From: Octopus bimaculoides
Taxonomy: Eukaryota
NCBI RefSeq assembly: GCF_001194135.2
Contig: NC_068984.1
Span: 35,376,400-35,416,033 of the forward strand
Direction: 5' to 3'
Length of the DNA: 39,634 nt
The position numbers and the translations under genes were made by a program. Numbering within the stretch: the first letter of the stretch is position 1; every line of letters starts with the position of its first letter. Below are positions 12,950 to 25,190 of the stretch, one piece after another. Below the pieces are notes generated by a model that made no database searches, was not told the DNA's origin, and worked only from the letters and a program-made list of their open reading frames with translations.

Positions 12950-13215
12950 ATATCTTATACACACGCACACATGCACACACACGTTTACACACACACACAC
13001 ACACACACATACAGATACACATATATGCATGCTTGTATATATGTAATTGTATATGCGTACATATATATATGTATATATGTGTGTGTGTGTGTGTGTCTGC
13101 ATACATGTAAAAGTGAGTGCGTATATATATGTATATATATTCAGTTCTGTGCGTATGCCTCTGTCTCGTCTTTGTGTGCGTATATCTCAGTGAGTGCATT
13201 TGTCTGTGTGTGTGT
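12950..13215. repeat. Compound (CA)n/(TA)n/(TG)n microsatellite region
   Basis: Directly visible. Confidence 0.9.
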
Positions 13216-14182
13216 TTGTACCAGTATTTTAGATGTGATGTGTCTGTATTTCAATTCTTTGTTTGATGTTATTTTTTGCAATTTACAAATTATTTTTTCA
13301 GTTTTATTTAGAGCGTAAATCTGATTGTCTTAAGTACGAATACAAAAATTGTATTGTAAGCCTGGTATGTTTGGTGGATGAAGGGCTCAATTGTTCAAAG
13401 TGGTTTCACTGCGAATATTGTAACTTATAAGGGAAATCGTAGTTTCTATTAGTAACAATGTATTTTACACAAATTATTCGTCGCATTGAATTCTTTCAAT
13501 GAGGGTGGTCTTTGCGAAAATGTTGATGCATCGAAATTTTGCTTCTAAAATAATATGTATGTGAGTACGAATTCGTGCGTGTGTGCGTATGTGTGTCCGT
13601 GTGCATGTGTATTCGAGTATGTATAAGTTTGAATATATGTGTTTTTATACACCATCCAAAATATATATTATACATACACACACACACACGTGCACACATA
13701 TTAGGGTGTGCTATTTCACGAAATGTTTTGAAACTTAATGCCGCTTGTTTAAGAAAAACTATATGTGTAAGCTACCAAGCCAAGCTTAGCGTAGATAAGT
13801 GTATCCCTGTGAGATTTGGATTTCCGTGCGCATGAGTTTTTGTGTGTATGTGTTTATGCACGCACATACACACTTGTTTGTATGCATACATATAGATAGA
13901 CATATAATAGGGTGTGCCACTTTTGAAATATTTTGAAATTTGAGCGACATTTCCTATCTTTACATTCCAACAGTAACTTAAACAAATGACATGTCAGCAT
14001 GTATCGTCAAAATTTAGATTCCATTTAGAAAACAGGGTCAAAATTCGGCATCTATTGAGACCAAATTTTGTTTTTTGGTGTAGTCGTTATTCATTCCTTT
14101 TTCTGTATTTTGTGTAGAAGAGAATAACTCTATGTATAAATATTTCCTTTCATGTATTTTACAACTAGTATTTTATTCATAT

Positions 14183-14325
14183 TACGGCGGCGAGTTGGCA
14201 GAGTTTTCAACACGACGTGCAAAATGCTTACGAGCATTTAGTCTGTCTTTATATTCTGAGATTGAATTCCGCGAAGTTGACTTTGCTTTCCATTCTTTCG
14301 GAATCGATAAAATAAGTATGAGTTG
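14183..14325 (+). mobile_element. SINE family B (Nin-like), 5' part
   Basis: ggcggcgagttggcagag...ttgactttgctttccattctttcggaatcgataaaataagt matches the reverse complement of 4325-4558. Confidence 0.75.
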
Positions 14326-14461
14326 GACATTTGGATTGATGTAATCAACTTACGAACTCACTCAATATTGTTAGCCTAGTTAAACATTTGAAACCTTCTA
14401 AGTAAGAATGCTGCTTTGCTGAGTGACATACACATTTGCAGTCATGTCTACATAGATATAT

Positions 14462-14563
14462 GCCGGTATGGCTTTGTTAAAAGAGGTTTCCTTCGTAACC
14501 TCATGACTATTGGTCCAGCTTAGCATGGCACTTTGGGCAAGTGTCTGTTACTATAGCTCTGGA
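14462..14563 (+). mobile_element. SINE family A head fragment
   Basis: gtatggctttgttaaaagaggtttcc...ggcactttgggcaagtgtctgttactatagctc matches the head of the 3795-4223 element. Confidence 0.65.
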
Positions 14564-14564
14564 G

Positions 14565-15119
14565 GATTTGTTAGAACCGCTTTAAATATGGCTGCACCTC
14601 AGTGGAGAGCGAAGCACGCTCAGGCCCGAGAACTTGACTGAGAAGTTTCGGCGAATTGTCATGGAAGACCGTTGTGCAATAATCTAATAAATTTGCTAAC
14701 GAAAGGGAATAAGCACAGGCTCAGAGCACTGCATTTTTAACGGAGGATTTTTGTATGTGGTGATTGTCGACATAATTTGTCCCCGAGTTGCTCGCAGAGC
14801 AGCGGAAGTAACAAAGCATGGAAATCGCTCAGAACAAGCTGGATTGGGCAAACCATCAATTCCTGAACACCATCATCAGTGGTGCTGGGACACAGCTTTA
14901 TGGTTTTTGCTCGATGTACACTATCATGTGTGTAAACGAAAATCCGACATGCGTGCACACACCTCTGTATTTTAGAGTTAACAGCAGGGCACTGACGCTG
15001 CCTACCGTTGCGCAAGTGTATGAATGATGTCACCACGTCCCGCATGAAGGATGTTGCCCATGTGGCATTAGTTTAGGCTGGAAAATATAAGGTCTGTTAC
15101 GCTTTGAACGCACCTCGTA
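14565..15119 (+). mobile_element. Internally deleted mariner remnant (HTH to first catalytic Asp region, then 3' end and TIR)
   Basis: FKYGCTSVESEARSG, RIVMEDR, GISTGSEH..LTED, FVPELL, EIAQNKLDWANHQFLNTIISGAGTQLYGF resemble mariner FK.GRTSVE..RSGRP / FVPKLL / ITGDETW.YG. Ends in TIR-like gctttgaacgcacctcgta. Confidence 0.75.
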
Positions 15120-15359
15120 TCCTTAGAAGCAAACGAAAAATTGAGACAGGTCACATCCAAGAATTATTATCAAAAGTCATATGGTCTGAAGATTTTCTAA
15201 AACCAAATATGTAAATATAAGAAACAACGAAAGATGTTTTATGACTACTATTCATTTCGTTCCATCCTGTTTACTTTGCCACAGTATATAAGATAATGAA
15301 CTGTAGATTAGCAATTATTTAGAGAGATAATTGAACAACGTCTTTCTGTTCGAACAATT

Positions 15360-15760
15360 TTTGCAGGACAAGTTTTGTAAAATTTGCCGATACATATTTC
15401 ACTACATGTTATAACCGTTCTTATCTTCATGTTATAAGAGCTCGTCGACTTGTGTATCCGTTATATAGCAATGAAACCTCGCCTTTTGTTCTTGATATAC
15501 TTAATTTCTTAATGTTGTAGCCCTGAACTTCAGCATTCTAGATTTCTATATTTATTTGCTTCTTTTTCGCACATATCGATCTACGTCTAACCAATAAAAG
15601 ATTAATACAACGACGCAAAATAAATTGTAATTAACGCTAACAGAAAGGAAATGTCTCTGCTACAGACATACATTGTGAAAAAGCTTCGTCTAAATTTATA
15701 ATTTATCATGAATTTCGTTGAATATATTTCCGGATATTTCTGTATTTATGAAGGATTAAA
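15360..15760 (+). pseudogene. Weak GPCR-like remnant (TM3-TM4/5)
   Basis: FCKICRYIFHYM (15373), then in another frame LCIRYIAMKP (15456-15479; ERYIA..P-like), then VVALNFSILDFYIY. Judged by eye only. Confidence 0.2.
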
Positions 15761-16127
15761 TACATTGAATTATGTCACATAATAATGTCACATTGAAAAA
15801 TATCACATAAGCAATTGTAACATAAGACAATCGCTTCAAATTCTATTTTGAATTTCAATTTAAAAGCTATTGCCTTCACTTCATTGTGCCTCTTTGTCAA
15901 TACATAGAGAGAACATTAAATAAATACACAAACACGTCAATATAAAGGCACCCAAATACACACAAATATAATCACACATACCCATGCATGTCTATATACA
16001 TACGTATCCGTACATATATGCGCAAATATAAGTTATTGCGTGTGTATGTGTTAGTGTTTAGTATAGTGTTTAGTATAGTTTAGAAAGTACTGTCATTATG
16101 AACCAATTATTAATATTATAAACTTAA

Positions 16128-16312
16128 TGACGACGCAGAATCAGTAGCACGCCGTAAAAAAACACATTTCGTTTGTCTTTACGTTGTGATTTCAAATTCT
16201 GCCGAGGTCTACTTTCATTTCAGGGTCGATAAAGTAAATACTAGTTGGGGCGATATAATCGACCTTCCCCAGTCTCCGAAATTGCTGGTCTTGTATCAAA
16301 TTTGAAATCAAT
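16128..16312 (+). mobile_element. SINE family B (Nin-like), degraded
   Basis: gcagaatcagtagcacgccg...tttcaaattctgccgaggtc...tttcagggtcgataaagtaaatactag...cgatataatcgac. Confidence 0.75.
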
Positions 16313-16389
16313 ATTATGACCTTAACAAATACTAAAACAATACGAAATAATAAATGCGTTGTTTATGTTAGTTACGAAATGATGAAATT

Positions 16390-16830
16390 ATATACATATT
16401 GATTTTGGAAAGCAATCCTGAACTTTTCCCGATAATCATACCCGTTGATAATCGTTCTGATAGTGAATTTCCATCTGAACAGGATTAAAATAAACAGGAA
16501 AAAAGATTCATTCTCTTTCAAACTCTTTCGCCTCCTCAGTTAAAGAATGTTGTTCTTTTGAACTTTTTGAAATAAATGAAAGAAAGTAAACGCGGTGTGA
16601 GTGTTCTAACCTTTCCTGCAAGTTCGTTTACCGCTATCATGCAAGGTATCATGTCATCATTGCATGATATTTTGTGTATTTTTTTTTCTCATTTATTGGG
16701 ATGATTTCACTGAATAACCTCTTAATATTGAACCAGAGTCATTTAAGAAAATATTATGAGAAAAATAACATTGTTTTCCGGCTGAAGTTTGAAAACCTGT
16801 AAAGTATTATGCACCATAAGTCATGCAAAA
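16390..16830 (+). pseudogene. Weak GPCR-like remnant (TM5-TM6-like)
   Basis: FWKAILNF..SYPLIIVLIVNFHLNRIKINRKK (TM5 P..I.L..N..L pattern, 16439-16480), then MIFCVFFFSFIGMI. May be the continuation of 15360-15760. Confidence 0.2.
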
Positions 16831-16874
16831 AATTATTGTCCTCAAGTAACAAAATACATGCATACATAAACACG

Positions 16875-16892
16875 CACAGACACACACACATG

Positions 16893-16960
<68 letters not shown>

Positions 16961-17100
16961 NNNNNNNNNNNNNNNNNNNNNNNNNNNNNNNNNNNNNNNN
17001 NNNNNNNNNNNNNNNNNNNNNNNNNNNNNNNNNNNNNNNNNNNNNNNNNNNNNNNNNNNNNNNNNNNNNNNNNNNNNNTATATATATATATATATATATT
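16875..17100. repeat. (CA)n and (TA)n flanking N-gap 16961-17078
   Basis: Directly visible. Confidence 0.95.
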
Positions 17101-17440
17101 ACTACGGCACTCCGTCGGCTGCGACGACGAGGGTTCCAGTTGATCTAATCAACGGAACAACCTGCTCGTGAAATGAACATGCAAGTGGCTGAGCACTCCA
17201 CAGACACATGTACCATTAACGTAGTTCTCGGGGAGATTCAACTTGGCACGGAGTATGACAAGGCTGGCCTTTGAAATACAGGTATAAGAGAAAGAGGATA
17301 AAGAGTACGGCAAGGTTCGCCACAACACCCTGCCGCAGCTTCGTGCAGCTTTAAGTGTTTTCGCTCAATAAACACTCACAATGCCGGTCTAGGAATCAAA
17401 TCAGCAGTCGTATGACGGTGGGGTCCGCTGCCCTAACGAC
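17100..17440 (-). mobile_element. tRNA-derived SINE (family C)
   Basis: Reverse complement head gtatggcacagtcgttagggcagcgg...gatttgattcctagaccggcattgtgagtgtttattgagcgaaaacac (degenerate A/B boxes). Body resembles an octopus SINE family as I recall it. Confidence 0.6.
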
Positions 17441-17445
17441 TGTGC

Positions 17446-17486
<41 letters not shown>

Positions 17487-17524
17487 TAAAGAAAGAGAAA
17501 AAGTAACAAGTTTTTTTCAGGAAA

Positions 17525-18068
17525 TGACCACACTAGTCTGCAAAAGATATAGGCTTGTATAAAGATTGATGGGGAAAGCCTAAATTATGTGAAGTCGTTT
17601 ACATATTTTGGTTGTAAATGAATTTAAGCGCTTCCCTTGAGGAGGAAATTGTCAACCCACTTGCGCATGCAACCAACGCATTTGGCAAACTCTCTCATCA
17701 CTTATGGAATGAAAGAGGCATCAGACTTGATACCAAAATACAGGTCTATAAAGCAGTCATTCTTACTAATCTCTCGTATGGCTCAGAGTTGTGAATGACC
17801 TACACACGACACGTTAACCAAATAGACATCGTCCAGAAAAACTGTCTGAGGACGTTCTGCGGTTATTCATTAAAACACAAATTCTCTAATGCTGATTTTT
17901 GTTATCAAGTGAAAGATTCATGAAATTAAGAGCTGCCTTATACTATCACAATACCGCTGGGCTTGCTATGTCGTCAGAATGAATGACGAAAGAATACCCA
18001 AAGTCCTCATGTACAGCCAGCTTGAGAGTGGGCACAGGAATGTTGGTTGACTATAGCTCAGACGCCCT
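17525..18068 (+). mobile_element. RTE-clade LINE, ORF2 C-terminal remnant
   Basis: IDGESLNYVKSFTY, EEEIVNPLAHATNAFGKLSHHLWNERGIRLDTKIQVYKAVILTNLSYGSE and RWACYVVRMNDERIPKVLMYSQLESG.R.VG are classic RTE/BovB-type motifs. Confidence 0.9.
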
Positions 18069-18169
18069 ACTTTTATATATATGTGTGTGTGTGAGTGTGT
18101 GGGTGTGTGTGTGAGAGAGAGAGAGTGTGTGTGTGTATGTGTGTGTGTGTATGCATGTTTATGTGCCTG

Positions 18170-18360
18170 TGTCAGTCGTTCAACTTCGCTTGAAGGCCGA
18201 TGTCGGTGTGTTTACGTCCCCGTAAGTTAGCGATTCGGTAAAAGAGATTTAGAATAAGTAATAGGTTTACAAAAAAATGAGACCTGGAAACCGATTTGTT
18301 CAACTAAAGGCGTCGATTCAGCATTGCTGCCGTCAAATGACTAAAACAAGTAAAAGAAGA
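18170..18360 (+). mobile_element. SINE family A, 3' half, preceded by (TG)n/(AG)n
   Basis: cgatgtcggtgtgtttacgtccccgtaagttagcgattcgg...cagcattgctgccgtcaaatgactaaaacaagtaaaagaa is the reverse complement of the left part of 3795-4223 and 7241-7674. Confidence 0.8.
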
Positions 18361-18539
18361 TTATATATATATATATTGATTGAAATATTCAGTTACAACA
18401 CCGTTAAGAATGTCAAATATATGATCTATATATTTTGTTTAAACACTTTTTTAGCTACTCTAGTTCGGGATTCTGCATCTTAAAAACGAAAAACCGAAGC
18501 TGAGAAGCGTTTCCATAAAATACACTCATTTACCATAAG

Positions 18540-19665
18540 ACATCAATAACATTTGCGTTATTGTGTCTGCTTCTATCTCAATTTTTTTTTTTTAGCTTGT
18601 TCGGCGATGTTGCACATCAACAGCTGGATTTTATGGTATCTGTACATATAATAGTCCAGTAATTTGAATTCGTTTCAAGTGTAATACGGTGTTGGTGAGC
18701 TGAAATAACAGTCAAATATCAATGTACACCACTCTCATTCACCTGCCAGTCGATTTGTTTCGCCAGGTTTTAAGGTATACAGTATTATCTCATGTTATAC
18801 GACTTAAAGGGAGTTTCCAATGACGAATTACCGTAACTGAAAAGCGTTTAAGCAAAAAATATACATAACTAATTTGTCATCGATAATATTTCCATGTGTG
18901 TATATATATATGACAAGAAAAAAATCATTACACATTTTTCCTTATTGGATCAAATTTGGCTTACAGCTGTTTCCAGTAATCATTATAGGTGCATTACTGA
19001 TAGGTTTACCCCGTTGTTATAGTTATCAAGTGAGAAAAATTCAACGACATAAGGAAAATAATGCTAATTTCATCACAGCCATTTCTGGTTCTAACAAGCA
19101 GAACACTGAAGAAATGAACCTATAAATACTATTGGAAACAGTTGTAAGTCCAATTTCTTCCGATAAAGATAACATATGTAATAGCCATCAATTTAACTTG
19201 CTTTTTACATATCGCTTTGTGCATAAACCAATTTCTCCGGAGCACATCCAAGGATTTACAACACAGAATTGTGATGAACCATAATCTTGGACCCTACCAT
19301 AAGAATACCTGGAGTTCTTAACTAGTCTAAATAATAACGTTAGCGTGGTGTGCCAACAGAGGAATTATGAAGTATTTTGCCGGAACTGTCAGTCCCTCAC
19401 TATTAGCTGGGTGTGTGCGTGTACGTGTTTTTATCATGCGCACAAACACACGCTCACATATATATTTGAATAATTCAATTCTAGCGTGTTTATTGAATGC
19501 CGTACATGGTGAAACGTCGATATCCTCCACTTTAGGATTCAATACATCAACATTCTGCAAATATGTAATAAGATCATCTATTTTCTTGAATTTCGATTCA
19601 TAAAAATATATATCCTTCTGAATAATCAGAAACCGTTTGAATGTTATAAGTATTATTTTGTATAA
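18540..19665 (+). pseudogene. Candidate full-length decayed single-exon class A GPCR (FMRFamide/peptide-receptor-like)
   Basis: TM1-like ICVIVSASISIFFFSLFGDVA; ITVTEK; ICL2-like IFPCVYIYMTRKKS; TM4 PVIIIGALLIGLPRCYSYQV (19006-19026, ORF 18874-19125); TM5-like CFLHIALCINQFLRS; TM7/H8-like ILQICNKIIYFLEFRFIKIYILLNNQKPF. Span ~1.1 kb fits a 7TM ORF. Confidence 0.35.
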
Positions 19666-20624
19666 CATTTCAAACTATCGACGGTCCAGTGAACGTAAAT
19701 TTGCTAACAATAAAAACGCTTTTTTAATTTAATGGGTAAGTATAATCACTTAAGAACCAATTTGTTGAGCAAAAGATTTCCGAGTAAACTTGGTATCTTG
19801 CAAAACAAATAGAATAGGCTTTTTAATAAATGAATGGATGATTTATAAAATACAGACATTGTGCTTGAAACTTTAATCATTACAGAACACCCAAGAGTTG
19901 TCTATTGCAGCTCTTTTATATACTGTGAGTTTAAAACCTATCTGTTATGTACAGAGACGTTTATTTGATCATCCAAGAGAAACTAAAAGTATGCAGACAA
20001 TATGTATGCGTATATTCATGCGTGTGTCTGCGTGTGTGCGTGTTTGTGTGCGCATGCGCGCGCGTACACGTAACTAGGGAAATATATGAGGGAGAAATCC
20101 TCATTTATGTGATATTTGTCATCGTTTTTCATAGTTCGATTTCTAGATCAATGTCAATATTTAAGGAAAAACAATTTTGATTTTCTTTTTTAACTTTTAG
20201 AAATATTGTAAGAAGAATGAAATTCAATCTAAATATAATCAAGTTAATGAGTGCATCGATTAGGCCACTATTATCTTAAATAGTTGTTTCATTTATGTTT
20301 CAAATATATTCAATCAATTGATCTAATTAATTGTACTTGATCGAAAATATGTTCTATAATATAAACAATAATTTTAAACTTTATTAAGAAAACAATAACC
20401 TGAAATTTAACAAGATAATAAGCAATATAATTTTATTATCACTGTGAATGAAAAAGAGGAGGTGACGTGCGGAAAATGGCGTATTTTTTGGAATACGATA
20501 TTGGAAATTAATATGGTAGAATCGTTAGCTTATACTGAGACAGATTAAACGGAAAGTCCAAAGAGCATATATTTTCATTTTCCACGGTGCAAATTCTTAA
20601 ATATATGGGTTAAATATATATATA

Positions 20625-20788
20625 TATAGTACAAGAATTCACCATTTACAGAGGTGTTGAAGTCTGTCTTAGTAGCAAACTCCTTCAACCTGTCACTATC
20701 AATGATAGCAGCAGCATCTCTGTTTGTAGCTCCCACGTCACTGAGATCTGTATTCTTTCTTTTTTAATTTGTGTTGTCTGTCGTTTTA

Positions 20789-20824
<36 letters not shown>

Positions 20825-21222
20825 TGTGTGTGTGTGTATGTGTGTGTGTGTGTGTGAATTATTTGCTTGTTGTTCTGACCGTGGAGGATTGGAAACTCTC
20901 CCTCACAAACGGCCAGACTGTCGTTCTTTGGGCGTTCAAGCAGAACGACTTTCATATCCGCCTCCCTCACCTCTGGCATGCGAGAAATGCTGGCCTCGTG
21001 GTTTGATTTAGCCATTTTCGTTTCAAAGTTGGCGAAGAAAAGCGAAGAGAAATTCAACCGCAGTGGGGAATTTCCTATTGAAAGATTTGCTTAGATTGAA
21101 AGGGGAAGTTGTTAAACACTTCTTTCACAAAAAGTATTCAACAACAAACAGTTTTTTCCACACAAAACAAGCCAACTTACTTGAAGCCGATTTGTCAACA
21201 ATCCATTCACACCAGAGACAGG

Positions 21223-21225
<3 letters not shown>
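20625..21225 (-). mobile_element. Probable 5' end (5' UTR and ORF1 start) of an L1/Tx1-like LINE, interrupted by (TG)n
   Basis: ORF 20764-21057 (KMAKSNHEASISRMPEVREADMKVVLL...EGEFPIL) continues past the microsatellite as DLSDVGATNRDAAAII..LKEFATKTDF. Non-random, ORF1-like. Family assignment is from recall and context. Confidence 0.45.

Positions 21226-21229
<4 letters not shown>

Positions 21230-21321
<92 letters not shown>
21230..21321. repeat. (GACA)n(GATA)n tetranucleotide microsatellite
   Basis: Directly visible. Confidence 0.95.
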
Positions 21322-21760
21322 GTAATTTTCTTTATTAGCCACACGGCCAAACACAGAGGGGACAAAATACAATGCAGAACTTTTCTTTTCGAAAGAAAAA
21401 GAAGAAAATAGAAAAAAGGAGGAGGAAATAAATTTCCGATCAAAACGGAACGTGTAAAAAAAACTGAAAACAATCAAAAGGGATCGTGTATCACAAAAAA
21501 ACAGTAAACATTAAAAAAATACATTACGTTTATCTGTGGAAAGAAAAGCCTAGGACAAGACCACGGTAACCTCGGTCAATGAAATACAAATGTACATTAG
21601 CGTAAAGTACTCTCTTTCTCTTTCTCTTTGTTTCATAGGATTATGCTCAAGGTGGCCGAATCATTCACACGTGCCGTCCTTGCTACATTCACCCATCTTT
21701 TTGTGAAACATTCATTAGACAAAGAGAGGTCGATACATTTGATGGGGTCAAATAGTATAA
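21322..21760 (-). mobile_element. L1/Tx1 LINE 3' fragment (ORF2 C-terminus and 3' UTR)
   Basis: Minus translation CFTKRWVNVARTARVNDSATLSIIL* parallels FAKRWKGAARM at 21937-21978. Followed by a T-rich UTR ending gtggctaataaagaaaatt with an AATAAA signal next to the GATA tract. Confidence 0.65.
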
Positions 21761-21879
21761 CAATGAGATGTACGATTTTTTAAAATTTATGATATAATGA
21801 AACTGAATGAAATTAGACTAAACAAATCACATGTATTCTGAATTGGGGTGACGGATTCGACTTGGACAGCACAAACTCC

Positions 21880-23820
21880 GCTCCACCACTGGGATTCTGT
21901 AACTCTGTTATCTAGTATTCATGTTGGCACATCCATTCACAACATTCGTGCTGCACCCTTCCATCTTTTTGCAAACACAACAGCTAACAAGCATCTATCC
22001 AGCCCTATCTTCCTTTTCAGGTGAAAGGTGAGAAAGTCACCAATGTCGGGCTAGAGTTGATATTGCCGGTCACGCATTTTTTCATTCTAGTTTTCCATAA
22101 AGTCTCTTTCGCAATTCCTCCTACAATGAGAAAACAATTCTTACCTTCTTTATTTAAAGATGTAGATGCGACAATTTTTACAATTGACTCAGCGGACGGT
22201 TGTACTCTTCCAACACTTGACAAAAGTTGTTCGAAATAAGCCCCCTTGGGCAAGTCGGCGAGCCGGGGTAACCATGACTTGAGAGCTTATCGTAGACAGT
22301 TAAGACTCCTCGGTAACATTGCCAGGTCAGAGAATTCTGGAAATTATCTAGGGTCCTCATCTCGAATGTTGTCCGGAACAGGCTGGTGAGATGATTATTA
22401 TCCAGGCCCAGGATCTCCCCTAAGGTATCATCACACTTCGACTCTACCATCCCTCTGTAGAACGATGCGGTCGAACCTTTACCGATGGCATTGCCCGTGC
22501 GATAGAATAGTACAAGTGCCTTTCATCACTCAGTGTACCATGTACACACTTCGATCGACGATAGGTCCATGATACCACTCCAGAAAACGTGTGAACTTGG
22601 GGAAACATCGATTTGGCGCTCGGACTCCACACCCGATCACCATCCAGGTAGAGCCTCAGCACATGCCTCTGCATCATCAGCCGCGGAATCCCTAGCCCAC
22701 ACTTTAACGGTTTTTGTGGAGGTCTGGACCGAACCAGACCCCCTAAAGGTTTAACTGGACACTCCACCCAACGTCGTACGACGCTGTCGGGAGGATCGAC
22801 TTGCCCCTCCAGGTGCCGAGTTGTAAGCCGAGTGACTTTTCACGATTAACATTTGCCCCTTCCACCGTCTCATTTTCCTTAATGGCATCGCCTACCTCCT
22901 GCAGGTGTTCCACTTCGGATACGATAATGGTGATGTCATCCGCATAAGCTGTTACCGACTCTCCACGTTCTGGCTCTCATGGAATGCTCCTCATCACCTC
23001 CAACCTTCAAAGTAATGGCTCGAGTGTCGATACATACAAAAGTGTGCAGAAGTGACACCTTTGACGAACCGATCGTTTGATGCAGAACGGCTTCGAAAAG
23101 TAACAGTTCACCCGAACTATAGACTCGATGTTGCCTTACATGGCGATGATCCAGCTAAGGAATTTCGGACCGAAGTTGAAAGCGGCGGGGACCGACATCA
23201 GGTATCGATGGGCAAACCTATCTAAAGCCTTAGCTTGGTCTATATGGACCATTGCCCTACGTTAGCCAAGTTTACTTTTTATCCCTTCTAAGGTATAACA
23301 TATAAAGTGGAGATTGTCATGAATGGATCTGCCAGGGAGAGCACAGGTCTGTGCTTCCCCAACGAGTCCATCTGCGACTCACGCCAAACTTTACGGTAAA
23401 ATCTTGCCCCAAATCTTTAACGCTGTGTATAACAGAGTGATGGGCCAGACATTATCTAGTCAATCCCCCTTGTTCCTAACCAGTGTCACCACTCTCCGAC
23501 ATAAGATCTGGGAATAAGCCCATTCTGCTGCCAGTTCGTAAAGACATCCGCTTGCAGGTTCCCGGACAAGGCGAGCATACTATTATATAATTCATAATGT
23601 AGTCCATCAAGTCCCGGCGTTTTGTTCCCGCCATAGCATCCTCCACCTCTGTAGTTGTGATTGTGCCTTCACAGCTCTCCGCTTCTCGCCGCTAGAGACG
23701 CGGTAGCCCGACGAGGAAGTCAATAAGGTCCCTCCTACTCTCCAGTCCATCGCTCGTTCCGAAAAGCTGAGTGAAGTGCTCCTAAAAGGCTGCACGCATC
23801 TCCTCGGGTTCGTTTACCAA
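21880..23820 (-). mobile_element. L1/Tx1-clade LINE ORF2 remnant (RT and C-terminal region)
   Basis: HIDQAKALDRFAHRYL..FNFGPKF (D..KAFD-like), RSVRQRC..LLYVSTLEPLL, catalytic YADD at 22935-22946 (VTAYADDITIIV), GSPTCPR and EQLLSSVGRVQPSAESIVKI. Many stops. Confidence 0.9.
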
Positions 23821-24599
23821 CTTATAATGTGAATGAATTCATTACCTTTTGCATGTAAATAAATTTGATGAACTTTAAGTGCCCTTTACGGCTAAGCATT
23901 TTTTAAATAACGTTAAGAAAACGATCCTTGAATGGGTGAGTCCATTTATTACCCTATTTTAAGAAAATAAATATGAATATATTGTAAATGTATATAAAGG
24001 TCAGTTCAATTCCGTTCTGTAATCAGAATAAATATGCACTCACCGTTAGTTATGGAAATAAGATGGATTTTTTTTCTGTTAATATTTTAGTAATATTTGA
24101 TTGTGCTATTACTGTCAACTCTAATGAAACAGCGCTAGTATGAATCTGTTTTTGAATGTATATACTTTGCATTTCTTTTTGGATTTTCATATTTTGATTA
24201 ATATATACAGTACCTATTGCCAGCACCTGCATACATTATTTCCAAAGATAACAGATAGCACAGAAATGCTACGAATCTAGCAATTAAAAAGAACAAGAAA
24301 AATATTAATTTCCACTATCTTATATATTGCGTTATGTTATTACTACACAATTATTTATTACACAACAAACGCCCTAAAATATGTCTTTATAGTGTTCGAG
24401 GGAGCATTTTAGTGTCAATACGTTTATACAACACTCTTGTCCACTTCGTGTGAAATTAGTAACGCTTGCTGCTGAAATTTCTTTCAATTAATTTCTGGAA
24501 GAAATGCGAAAATGTGGAGAAAATTTAGATTATATCGATATGATTATGTTCAGATGGAACGCAAGAGAGAAAGAATGAGAGAAAAAAGTGTGTAGTGTT

Positions 24600-25190
24600 C
24601 AGTGATCTATAGTGTTCAGTGATGGTGTGTGCGTGGTGGTGTGTTGTGATGTGATGTGTTGCATGGTATGGTGTAGCGTGGTGTGGTGTGATGGTGTTGG
24701 GAGGTGGGGGAGGCGAGATTAAGGAAAGCATGGGTGGGTTTGGGGTTAGGTTGATGGTGGGGGTAGGGGGTATATGGGTAGGTAGAGGTTGGGGTAGGTG
24801 GTGTATGTGGCTAGGTTGAGGGTAAGGTAGAGGTGGTGTATATGGGTGAGGGTGTAAGGGATGGGTGTAAGGGATTGGATGGGGTGGGATGGGAAGGAAT
24901 GGGAGGGTGTGGTAGGAGTGTGTAGGGTAGGGTGGGCTTATGAGGGAGGGTTGACGATGAAGGGGGAAGGAGAAGGGGCTATGAGTGAAAAGAGAAAGTG
25001 AGTAAGAGAGAAGAGAGAAATAGAGTAAGGGTGAAAAGAAGTAGGAGTGAAGAGAAGTAAAGAGGNNNNNNNNNNNNNNNNNNNNNTAGAAAGGAGAGGT
25101 GGATGGGAGGACGTAGGAAGAAGGGGAGAGGGGGAGAGAGGCAGAGAGGCAAGAGAGGCAAGGGGATGATGTTAGATGAAGAGGGGGGAG
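24600..25190. repeat. G/purine-rich low-complexity tract (contains N-gap 25066-25086)
   Basis: The plus strand is almost devoid of C and grades from GT-rich to GGG-run-rich to GA-rich. Confidence 0.85.

Noticed and set aside
13700-14080. Two tagggtgtgc-starting segments (about 13701 and 13908) resembling DNA-transposon ends
   Set aside because: No matching inverted terminus or transposase was found.
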